In this document: positions 23,774 through 35,700 of the stretch, piece after piece | How positions within the stretch are numbered: the stretch's first letter is position 1 | Layout: the number at the start of each line of letters is the position of its first letter | NCBI RefSeq assembly: GCF_046119375.1 | Contig: NW_027362761.1 | Coordinates: 1,116,434,001-1,116,498,000, forward strand | Length of the DNA: 64,000 nucleotides | Origin: Phyllobates terribilis | Taxonomy: Eukaryota | Direction: 5' to 3' | Made by a program: the position numbers and the translations under genes | The notes under the pieces: model-generated | What the model was told of the DNA's origin: nothing | The model's database searches: none | The model's input: the letters and a program-made list of their open reading frames with translations, nothing else

Positions 23774-26700
23774 CTGATAGAAAATAAAATAATTTTATTA
23801 GAATTTTTGCATATACACAACACTGTGAGGGCACATAGTACTCTCCACTGAGCAGCCATAACATTAAAGAGGTTGTCCACTACTTCTACATTGCCGACCT
23901 ATCCTTAGGAGATGTCACCTATGTCTGATCGGCCGGGGTCCGACACCTGGCACCTATTCTCGGTGTCGGCGTATGTGCAATACTCTGCCGAGGCCACTAC
24001 CAGAATACTGAGCGGCTCCGCAATCAAGTACTTCCGGCCACCACCGCGAGCAGCTGATCGGCGGTGCTGGGTGTCGGACCCCGACTGATCAGATATTAAT
24101 GACCTATCCTAAGGACCTAAGACTGGGTAGGCCCCTCCTGTCTCTAAAGGGGTTATCTGGCATCAAGATGGAAGATTCTCTAAGTCCTGTAAGCTAGCAA
24201 GTTTGCAAGCTGGGGTCTCCATGGATTGGGCACCCATAACTGTCGCAGGGTCACTGGTTGTCCTACTTTAGACCACTTTTGGTCGGTACTAAACAATGCA
24301 TACACCCCACAAGGCCTGCTTTTGGAGATGATTTGAGCAAGTCCTCTAACCATCACTTTGCCCTCAACAAAATCCCTCTGATGTTTCATCTTGCCCATTT
24401 ATCCTGCTTTGAACACATCAACCTTAAAAAGGGACTGTTCACTTGCCACCTAATATATCCCAACCCCCGAGAGATGTTTTTTCTATTTATGCAATATATG
24501 GTAAAATATAGACAAACATAAAAAAGCGTAACCACCGGTATGATATTTTTTTTTCCCCATATTTCAATAGGACAAAAAAGTACATGTGAAAATGAGAAGC
24601 TTGTAGTATATCTTAGAGAATTCTGCTTCTTTCTCCTCACTCTCAAAATTCTTAATTAACGGGTAAAATCTATTTTCAGTGAAGACAGATTTTCCCATTA
24701 CTGAGATAGGAGATGGCAGTTGGTGCTCATAAAGTTCTATGGAGAACTGTAACTGTAGTTTCAGAACCTGCAACAGATTAACTGTATCGGCCTCCAGCTC
24801 CTCCTTCCAGAGAATTTTAAAAACACCAACTGTCAGCACCTATGTCAGTAAGGAGAAAATCTTCAGATTTTACCCATGAATTGAGAATGAATAATTAGTC
24901 CAGGAGGAGAAGGAAGCAGATTTATCTGATCAGGTTACAAAGTTGCTCATTTTTATTTTAAGACTAACATCCTCCATAATCCAAATCTCCCACTTTCGCC
25001 TCCAAGACTTCTCTCGTGCTGCACCAGTTTTCTGGAATGTTCTACCCCAGAAGCTCCGATTAATACGTAGCACCCACATTTTAAAAACACATCTCATTAG
25101 ACAGGCCTATCACCTCACTTCACTAATCAACTCTCCCCTGTTTTTCCTTCTAATTTTTCCTCTGAATCTGGTCCTTCTTATTCATCTGTGTACTTATTCA
25201 CATACTGGCTTGTGACCGGATCATGCAGCTTTATATCATAACCCTTATTTATTATAATGATGGTTGGACCGTAAATAACAAGCACTTCTTACCTTTTGTG
25301 TCCCCCCTACTTCCATATAGATTGTAAGCTTGGGAGAAGGACCCTCACTCCTCCTGTAACTGTTGAATGTAGGCTATGTGCCCACGATGCAGAAATGCTG
25401 CATATTTTTTATGCTTCTCCCTGGCAGGAAAAACGCATGCGGATTCTACATGCGTTTATCCTGCCAGGTAGAAGCGTTTTTGCTTGCAGGTTATCAAGCA
25501 CTTTTCCAAGCGATTTTAGCATCACTTGGAAAAGTGCTTGACAACTTGTTCACACTATATAAATCCATGCAACCGGCATGGATTTTATATAGTGTGACCA
25601 AGTTAGCAAAAATAAAGAATAAGAATGGTGAAAAATAAAAAAAAATAAAGTTTATACTCATCTTCCGATGTCTTCCCGGTGTTTTGTCTGCTCCATCCGG
25701 TGTCTTGCACTGCTTGCGGCGGTGTGAAGGACCTGCGGTGACGTCATTGAGCCATGTGATGGGTCACATGACTCGGTGACGTCATGGCAGGCCCTTCACA
25801 TCTACGCGAGCAGTGCAAGACACCGGAGGGAGCAGACAAAACACCGGGAAGACATCGGAAGGTGAGTATAAACTTTATTTTTTCTTTTGAAATTCTTTTT
25901 TTACGGTTTCTATGGTACCCGGGTCTGGATGAGAGTCCTCTCCTCCAGACTTGGGTACCATCCGCACATTGAAACGCATATAATCCGTGAGTACAAATGT
26001 ACTGACACGGATTATATGCGTCTCAATGCAAGTCAATGGCGGCGATTACGCTGCGCTTCCGCAAAATTAATGGACATGTTGCGGATTTTTGAGCGCAGCA
26101 TAAACACTGCGGAAAAATCCGCAGCATGGGCATTGACATTGCGGCTTGTCATTGGGGACCATGGGGTGCGGATTACCAAGCGTTTTCCAAGCGTTTATGC
26201 TGCGGAAATTCCGCAGCATAAACGCTTGGAAAACGCTACGTGGGCACTTAGCCTAATTGTTACTTTGTATTGTTTTTATTGTCTGTACCTGTCCCCTCTC
26301 CATTGTAAAGTGCTGCGGAATACACTGGCACTATATAAGTAAAATTATTATTATGGGAACTAATGATTTATGAAATAAAAATTAAAATGATGGTTACTCT
26401 TTGAAGGGATTGTCCAGGTTTGGCATGAAAGCCTGCCATCACTCTATGTGATGGCAGATCTGTGAATCCTCACAGTAGGCACAACGCGCGCTGTTAGGAT
26501 TCTCCGATGCTGGGAGTCATGTGACTACAAGCATGCGCTGTGCATACTCCCAGGCACATTCCGGTTAGACATGCGCAGCCTCATTCAATGCAACTGAATT
26601 GAACACAGCCGGACACGTCTAGTTGGAATGTGGCCGGGAATATGCATATCACATACTTGCAGTCACATGACCACCTGAAGAACCCTGACAGTGCGCATCT

Positions 26701-29700
26701 TGAGGATTCACTTTTGTGCCAAACCTGAACAACCCCTTTACTATATTGATATCATAACTCACTTTTTGTGGACCCCAGCGACATGGCGGCGAGAACAGCT
26801 ACTGCGTTTGTGGCCTTTGTCTCCACACTGAAAGCAGCCTTCGACAGCACGGCCACAGGAATGGTTTTCAAGAGCACAACGGTCACAAGAAGAACAATGA
26901 GTCCACGCTGTGAAATAAAGCCGGCCGCAAATTAGTAGATGCTCAGATGTATTTACATACAACTAATAAACCTAGGGTGAAAACTAAAAAGTCGCTACCT
27001 CTCATCCTCCATATTGCAGGTGGGAAGGGAGATTGGTAGTGATGAGACGGCAGCGCCACGTTTATATAAGTCTCCACGCCTATCTGTATGATCGACTTCT
27101 TAAGTAGGACACACGCATGCGGCAGATGTTGGGTGAACGCTTCATAAGCCAACTGCTTTCACGTCAGACCCGGCTCAGTCAAGTGTCCATGTGTTTTTAA
27201 TAAGGAAAGAGGATGGCGGCTTACCTCCCAGAGAATAAAAGGGTCGCTTATGTCCCCCAACATCATCTTTCAGGAGGTAGTTGGGAGGACATTAGATGGT
27301 CGGCCAATCCTGCCTTTGGTATATGGGTATTGTTGGATAGTGCTTGTAGATACAAGCAATTTTGCAATTTACTGCTTATTAAAATTTAAACCCGTTCTTG
27401 AGATATTAACACCTTTGTTTATAGCTCGTTGCCTAGGAGACCGACCACCGCTGCTGTCTAGCTTGTAAACACTGTGCTTCAAAATAGAGCTGACAAGCTC
27501 AATAAAAAATAACTACTGCTGCGTCATAATAGCTGCGGTGGTCGGTCTCCAAGGCAACAAGCTGTAAACTAAAGAAAGGCTTTAATATCTCAAGAACAGC
27601 TGCAAACTCTAATAGGCAGTACAATGCAAAATTACTTGCATTTACAAGCACTATCAGACAATATCCATCTATGAAGATGGGAATAACCCTCTAAGCTGCA
27701 CAAGTGATCAACAGATAAACCTCTCTGTGAATAAAATACAATCAGAACTTTTATCAACCATTGAAAACAGCAGGAAAGAACCTAAAACTGATTAAAAAAA
27801 AAAGTAAAAAGTCAAGTAACGTAAAATGTTATGACTTTTTTACTGTGTAATAGGTCAGAAACAAATAATGGAAAATAATTAAAGACAACAATATATATTA
27901 GAAGAAAAGGGTCTATTACAGAATAGTAATATTTGTATGAAAAATGGGATTTCCAAAACTATATAATACATTCAATGCATTGAATTCATTGAAAGACATT
28001 ATTACTGATTTACATTATATCTAGTGAAAGTTTTAGTTAACAAAGCATGCTCAGACAAGAGTCACATCGTATACCCAATGTGTGACCCTGATATACAGAC
28101 AGCATCACAAAAGAACAATTGTCATGCTCCAAATTCAACACTCGTACAGTTTTGGTGAAGAGTTCTCAAATATTTGCAAACTTCAGTAAATGACATAATC
28201 AGATTGAAGTGCTCTCCTACACATACATACTGTCTGCATACTGATGTAAAGCACATTTGTATGGAAATTCCTTGGGGACCAATAAACGGAGGTAGGGCAG
28301 GGCTGGGAGACGAAATGGGACAGTGTACAGTACAGAATGCTCTAGAGTCTGGGGTCCAAACCACCGGGCTACAGAGCCAAGGGTCCAAACCGCCGGGCTA
28401 CAGAGCCAAGGGTCCAAACCGCCGGGCTACAGAGCCAAGCGTCCAAACCGCCTGGCTACAGAGCCAAGCGTCCAAACCGCCTGGCTACAGAGCCAAGCGT
28501 CCAAACCGCCTGGCTACAGAGCCAAGCGTCCAAACCGCCTGGCTACAGAGCCAAGGGTCCAAACCGCCTGGCTACAGAGCCAAGCGTCCAAACCGCCTGG
28601 CTACAGAGCCAAGGGTCCAAACCGCCTGGCTACAGAGCCAAGCGTCCAAACCGCCTGGCTACAGAGCCAAGCGTCCAAACCGCCTGGCTACAGAGCCAAG
28701 CGTCCAAACCGCCTGGCTACAGCCAAACCGCCTGGCTACAGAGCCAAGCGTCCAAACCGCCTGGCTACAGAGCCAAGCGTCCAAACCGCCTGGCTACAGA
28801 GCCAAGCGTCCAAACCGCCTGGCTACAGAGCCAAGCGTCCAAACCGCCTGGCTACAGAGCCAACGTCCAAACCGCCTGGCTACAGAGCCAAGCGTCCAAA
28901 CCGCCTGGCTACAGAGCCAAGCCGTCCAAACCGCCTGGCTACAGAGCCAAGCGGTCCAAACCGCCTGGCTACAGAGCCAAGGCGTCCAAACCGCCTGGCT
29001 ACAGAGCCAAGGGTCCAAACCGCCTGGCTACAGAGCCAAGGGTCCAAACCGCCTGGCTACAGAGCCAAGGGTCCAAACCGCCTGGCTACAGAGCCAAGGG
29101 TCCAAACCGCCTGGCTACAGAGCCAAGGGTCCAAACCGCCTGGCTACAGAGCCAAGGGTCCAAACCGCCTGGCTACAGAGCCAAGGGTCCAAACCGCCTG
29201 GCTACAGAGCCAAGGGTCCAAACCGCCTGGCTACAGAGCCAAGGGTCCAAACCGCCTGGCTACAGAGCCAAGGGTCCAAACCGCCTGGCTACAGAGCCAA
29301 GGGTCCAAACCGCCTGGCTACAGAGCCAGGGTCCAAACCGCCTGGCTACAGAGCCAGGCGTCCAAACCGCCTGGCTACAGAGCCGGCGTCCAAACCGCCT
29401 GGCTACAGAGCCAGGGTCCAAACCGCCTGGCTACAGAGCCAAGGACGTTCCAAACCGCCTTGGCTACAGAGCCAGGCGTCCAAACCGCCTGGCTACAGAG
29501 CCGGCGTCCAAACCGCCTGGCTACAGAGCCGGCGTCCAAACCGCCTGGCTACAGAGCCGGCGTCCAAACCGCCTGGCTACAGAGCCGGCGTCCAAACCGC
29601 CTGGCTACAGAGCCGGCGTCCAAACCGCCTGGCTACAGAGCCGGCGTCCAAACCGCCTGGCTACAGAGCCGGCGTCCAAACCGCCTGGCTACAGAGCCGG

Positions 29701-32700
29701 CGTCCAAACCGCCTGGCTACAGAGCCGGCGTCCAAACCGCCTGGCTACAGAGCCGGCGTCCAAACCGCCTGGCTACAGAGCCGGCGTCCAAACCGCCTGG
29801 CTACAGAGCCGGCGTCCAAACCGCCTGGCTACAGAGCCGGCGTCCAAACCGCCTGGCTACAGAGCCGGCGTCCAAACCGCCTGGCTACAGAGCCGGCGTC
29901 CAAACCGCCTGGCTACAGAGCCGGCGTCCAAACCACCTGGCTACAGAGCCGGCGTCCAAACCACCTGGCTACAGAGCCGGCGTCCAAACCACCTGGCTCG
30001 CGGCTGTCTGCTCAGGAAAGTGTCACTCTCAATGGTATCAGCATCCATACGGGACATTTTTATTCTACAAGGGGACTCTCAGGGCATTATTACTTCATAA
30101 GGGGGGACTTCGGTCATTATGACCTTACAAGAGGGTATTACTACTTTTTAAGGTGGTAAATCGAGACATTGTTCATTTATAAAGAGAAGCTCAGGACACG
30201 ATAGCCTTCAGCGGGGCACACACTTCGGAGATTTATTCGCACAGAATGTGTCTTGTAACCAACGACCTGTTAGAGCTCACAAGGTAAGAAAGGTTGGAAA
30301 CCCTGCCATACAGACAAATGCACGGAAGACACACACTGTGTACTCCTACCATCCGGATGCTTCCTTTTTGCTCAGAGTTTTCAGCATGGAGGCCAATTCT
30401 TCAGTTACCGGGTGGATAGTGTACTCTACTCTACATATAATAAGAAGCAGGGAAGACGCACACTATTCCCAACATTCAAATGCTTCCTTTACTCTCAGGG
30501 TTCACAGCATGGAGGCAAATCCTCAGTGTCGGGGTAGCGTACAGTATATTATGCACATTACTATCCTACTGGGTACTTTTTACAGCATAGAGGGAAATCA
30601 TTTAGTGGCGGAGATAACATATAGTGTCCAATATAACAAGATGCAGGGAAGACACACGGCGTCTTCCGAGCATTACACGGCTTTCATTTATCTCAGGCTT
30701 TACAGCATGGAGGCAAATCCTAAGCCGAAGGAGGGAAAAAAAGCACAAATAATACTTTATGATTCATTTTTAGCTATAGGGATCTTATTCATGAGCCACC
30801 TTATCCATGGGGCACCTTACTCATGGGCCACCTCATTTAGGAGCTACATTATTAGTTGGCCACCTTATTCCTGGGACACACAAAAATTCTGATCAAAGGT
30901 CAGCTAAGGGTTTACTTAATGTACACACAAATTGCCAAAGGCAAACAGAGATCCCTTGAATAAGGTGTCCCCATGATTAAGGTGTCCCATGATTAAGGTG
31001 TCCCCATGATTAAGGTGTCCCCATGATTAAGGTGCCCCATGAATAAGGTGCCCCATGAATAAGGTGCCCCATGAATAAGGTGCCCCATGACTAAGGTGCC
31101 CCATGAATAAGGTGCCCCATGAATAAGGGCATAGCCTCTTACCCCTGATGACGCCGCATGGTGAAACATGCTGGAGAGGCTAATGGTTGCAAATGGATCT
31201 CCATTTGCCTTTGGCAATTCGTGGGGACACTCTACTCGTGGGGACAGCCTACTCATGGGGACACCTTAAGATCAGGCACCATGCTGACTGCCTCTCTGAG
31301 CCGGATTTCCGGCGGGCTATAACACGCTGGTGAAGCACGGTTTGCTGAATAAGTAATATAACCATGGAATAGTGAATTAGACTGGAAGCGAATCTTTTTA
31401 TATGTGTCAGGGACGTGCCCATGTATGTTAATAAGCGATGCTATCTCATGATGATTATTTATAGGTTTTGTATCTGACGGGATATATCTGCATGTGGTTC
31501 CTTGGGCCTAATTCCAGGTTGCACCCAGTCCCTCTATCTAGATGAATATATGGAGGATTATAAGGAAGCAATTACCAAAAAAAATATTGTAAACCAGAAC
31601 ATAAAGTTCAATTACTTCTTACTTTTCTTTTTGCAGATAATCAGAAGGGAATGCCAGCTTGGTACTTACATGGCTTCACACATTTACTGCAGAGGAGACA
31701 GTGTTTCCACGCTCGGCCATCCTATAAGGAAATCATTACATTTACATGGGGATGCATATCATTTTATTGTTATAAGTTGGAGGGGAGAATGTAATTCAGG
31801 TTTTCTATGTAGAGTGCAATCTATGGGGTAAGGTTTCTCCTTGTGGAGAGTGACATTCCTAGCCTGGCATGCCAATATGAGGAGACTTAAACGCCTTGCT
31901 TGCTCCTCTGGGAAATTAAATATGCAAATTGTCTCTTTAGAGAGAAAGAGGACTTGAACTCTAGAGCCACCTATTGGAAGTAGCAATCCTAAAAGTCAAT
32001 ATTGACCCTTTAACGAGACTTATCACATGACTTAGGATAAAAGCCAACCCAGGAATCTCAATTTGCAGACACAGCGTTTCGGGGTATTACCCCTCATCAG
32101 TGCAAAGTAGAGTGCACAAATCCTGGATAGAGATTAAAGCCCACCCAGACAAATTGGACCAATATCAACCACACCCGCTGATATCGATGGGTTCAGCTGA
32201 CAGTCTAATGTGTCAACTGATCGTCGGGCGAGATGTCAATCGGGCATGTTTGATTTCGGACTGCCGATAGCTTTGTTCTCACAAAGATAAGGCAGAGGAA
32301 CTCGGTCGGCAACTTTCTCATAGAGAACTCAAGAGTGCTCGGATGAGTGAGCGATCCTGTGTATGGAAGAGACCACCAAGATGGCTGTCAGACAAGAACG
32401 ATGAGCTGAAGCACCATTCATCCAACAGCCATCTAATGTGTATGGCCGGCTTAACTTACAGAATTATTATTTTTTAATACTGCATAGAAGTGTGAGCAAA
32501 ATCTGTCCTGGTGATGTGATGATCACAGAGGCATAAGCCCCCCCCCATACACTTTAGGCGGGTGTTGGCTGAATGATGGTTGGTCGGCAGATATCTTGTC
32601 CCATACACAGGATCTCTCGCTCTGCCGAGCGCTCGTGTTCTCTATGAGGGAGCCGCTAATAGACATCTTAGGTGGTGGCTTATCTCTTAGAGAACAAGGG

Positions 32701-35700
32701 TTCAGCCAGCCGGAATAGGATATGCCGGATTCTTAGCACCCTGAAATTGTCTGGCGGTGAAGAGTCAGGGGCCGCCATACACATCAGAAGGTGGCCCCAA
32801 CCTGTTGATATTGTTGGGTTTGGCCGACGTTAATGTGTATGGAGACCAATGTAGTTATAGTAAGGTTTTGTCGCGAGCCAAACACCTGTGTGATCATCAC
32901 AAAACCAGGAGAGATTATCATTAGCAAGCGCCAAAGCTTCTGATCCATAATATGTTTAGAACTGCAGAACTTTAAATTCCTGGATCTCCACGATCTTCAG
33001 AGAGCGGCGCTCACGTGACACCAGGTCACCTTTGTACAAGTGAGCGGCTCTCCATATTCCCATACAGCTCTACATACGAAAATAAATAAATAAAATGCTG
33101 TAAGAATAATGCAAACTATTACCTTTGAGGGGCACGAATTGCAGATTTCACAATGCTTATTTTCAGAAGACACGTATCTCCTGCAGACCGCGCACAACCT
33201 AGATTGCCAAACCAAACAAATGGGAGAAAAGAAATTATATTTCTATATTTACAATTAAGTGATGATTTTGAGAATGTATTTACGAAAAAAAATCTATATC
33301 TAAATATTATATACTAGATGGTGGCCCGATTCGAATGCATCGGGTATTCTAGAATATGTATGTGGTCGACCGGCTGCAACCAATCAGCAGAGTGGTGTTT
33401 AAATTTGGCGCCAATATCGCTGATTGGTCGTGGCCTGCGGCCGCGACCAATCAGCGAACCGTGTTAGTGAGGACCGGGGAGCGGCGCTGCCTGTGCGGAT
33501 ACTTCTGCTGAGAGCAGCCAGGAGATGACCGGCAAGCGCCGGTCATCTCCCGGCTGCTAGGGCTGCTGATCTCCCGATGGAAAGTGTGAAGGGAGGACCG
33601 GGGAGTGAGGCTGCCGGTCGGGGTACTTCTGCTGCAAGCAGCCGGGAGATGACCGGCTAGCACCGGTCATCTGCCGGCTGCGTCGCCGCTGATCTCCCGA
33701 CAGTGGCCTGCGTGTTAGTGAGGATCGGGGAGCGGCGCTGCCTGTGCGGGTACTTCCGCTGCGAGCAGCCGGGAGATGACTTGCTAGCGCCGGTCATCTC
33801 CCGGCTGCATCGCCGCTGACCTCCGTACGGCAGATGAGCCGCTAAAGGCCGCCATCTTGTTCTGAAATCCCGCGTAGCTGATTGGCCGCGGCAGGACCAA
33901 TCAGCGACGCGGGATTTCCTGGACGGACAGACAGACGGGATAAGCCGATTATATAGTAGATATTATATAGAAGTGAAAATATATAAGATACGAAATAAAA
34001 AAAGCCAGAAAGATTGGAAGAAGTCCTAACTACAGGAACAGACTGCACTTAGAATCATAGAATGGTTGAGTTGGAAGGGACCTCCTGGTTCATCTGTTCC
34101 AACCCCCTGCTCAAAGCAGGATTCACTAGATCATCTCAGACAGATGTCTGTCCAGCCTCTGTTTGAAGACGTCCATTGAAGGGGAACTCACCACCTCTCG
34201 TGGCAGCCTGTTCCACTCATTAATCACCCTAACTGTCAAAAAGTTTTTTCTAATATCTAATCTGTGTCTCCTCCCATTTAGTTTCATCCCATTGCTTCTA
34301 GTCTTTCCTTGTGCAAATGAGAATAAAGATGATCCTTCTACAATGTGACAGCCCTTGACATATTTGTAGACAGCTATTAAGTCTCCTCTCAGTCTTCTTT
34401 TTTGCAAGCTAAACATTCCCAAATCCTGCAACCGTTCCTCATAGGACATGGTTTGCAGACCAGTCACCATTCTGGTCGCTCTTCTCTGAACTTGCTCCAG
34501 TTTGTCTATGTCTTTTTTAAAATGTGGTGCCCAAAACTGTACACAGTATTCCAGATGAGGTCTGACCAAAGAGGAGTAAAGACCGATAATGACTTCACGT
34601 GATCTAGACTTGGGGGTCATAGTCTGCAATTATGGAGACAAGAAGAAACACGTCTTCATAGGAGCAGCAGACACCAAACAGGAAATATAAAACCTTTACG
34701 TTTTGGTTAAAAATTATTTTGTTTTCAAATATTAATATTGCTTCAAGTGCATTGGTCCCACATAAATATTGCACAGCTGCATCAAAAATGCATTTTTTCA
34801 GCATTTTTTCAATACAAATTCCAATTGTTTTTTCAAAGCATTTTTTTCCAACACATCACAATTTTACTACACTTGTAAAAAAAAAACCACAATCACCAGA
34901 AAGTGCAAAAAAAACCACAATGTGTCTTAACTATAGACTTGATGACATTGAGACAGCCAGGACAAATCAATAATAGCTGCAATGTCACAAGCTACAAGTG
35001 GCTTAAAGGGGCAGTCAACTACTTTAAAAAAAAACACATTCTAAGTGGGCCGACGGCGGCGTTTTTTTTAAAAAAAAAAAAAGCCCCCAAAAAACAAAAA
35101 CTTGACACTAAATGTACTGGACTCCATACTCCACACTGTGTCCCCCACCAGTCTCCGGTCCTCTTCTTTCAGTAGGGGACACTACGTGATGGCTGCAGCC
35201 AATCAACAGCCCTGATCAGTTACAGCCTTTACATTTCGTCTGGTCGTAAAGAAACAGTTTCTCCTCCAGCTCATACAGAATGTGAAGACTGCAGCCAATC
35301 AGTGGCTACTGGTTGGCTGCAGCGGTTATGTGATTCCCCCCAAGGAGTATGTAGGAGCAGGGTTGGTTTGGTAGGCGAGTATTATTTGTGTTAAAATACT
35401 GAACAATCCCTTTAAGCCCACAAAATAGTTCTAGACCTGTAAAGCATGTAAGCAGGCTTTAGCAAAAAGTTCTGTATACCATTCATGTGAATACAATGTA
35501 CTGAGACTGCGCTCCATTCTTCTATGTGTGTGAACGAGTCTCTAAGACAAGACTGACACTCACGCCGTATACTACACATCGTTCTTTACCTGTAGCCCTC
35601 ACTGGTGGGAAGTACAACACTTTCTGGGGAAATATTGGTAAAGATGCGGACAGGCGATTGCTTCCTTCCAGTCTTCCCGTATTTGTACAGTGTGTGGTTC

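Noticed and set aside
24564-24839. 91-aa minus-strand ORF, and a plus-strand KSIFSED resembling ANAPC4 SKIFSEE
   Set aside because: No extended similarity or usable splice phase; wrong strand for ANAPC4; lies in ZCCHC4 intron 12.
28352-29998. CRISPR-like appearance of the regular short-repeat arrays (also 47191-47504 and 30382-30722)
   Set aside because: Head-to-tail repeats without unique spacers of constant length, no cas genes, and a vertebrate intronic context.
28174-30159. 661-aa and 599-aa plus-strand ORFs
   Set aside because: Products of the 29/28-bp array in ZCCHC4 intron 11; periodic and frame-shifting.
30210-30270. GRW...KCVP peptide as candidate ZCCHC4 exon 11
   Set aside because: Wrong phase and length; the true 52-nt exon is at 31670-31721.
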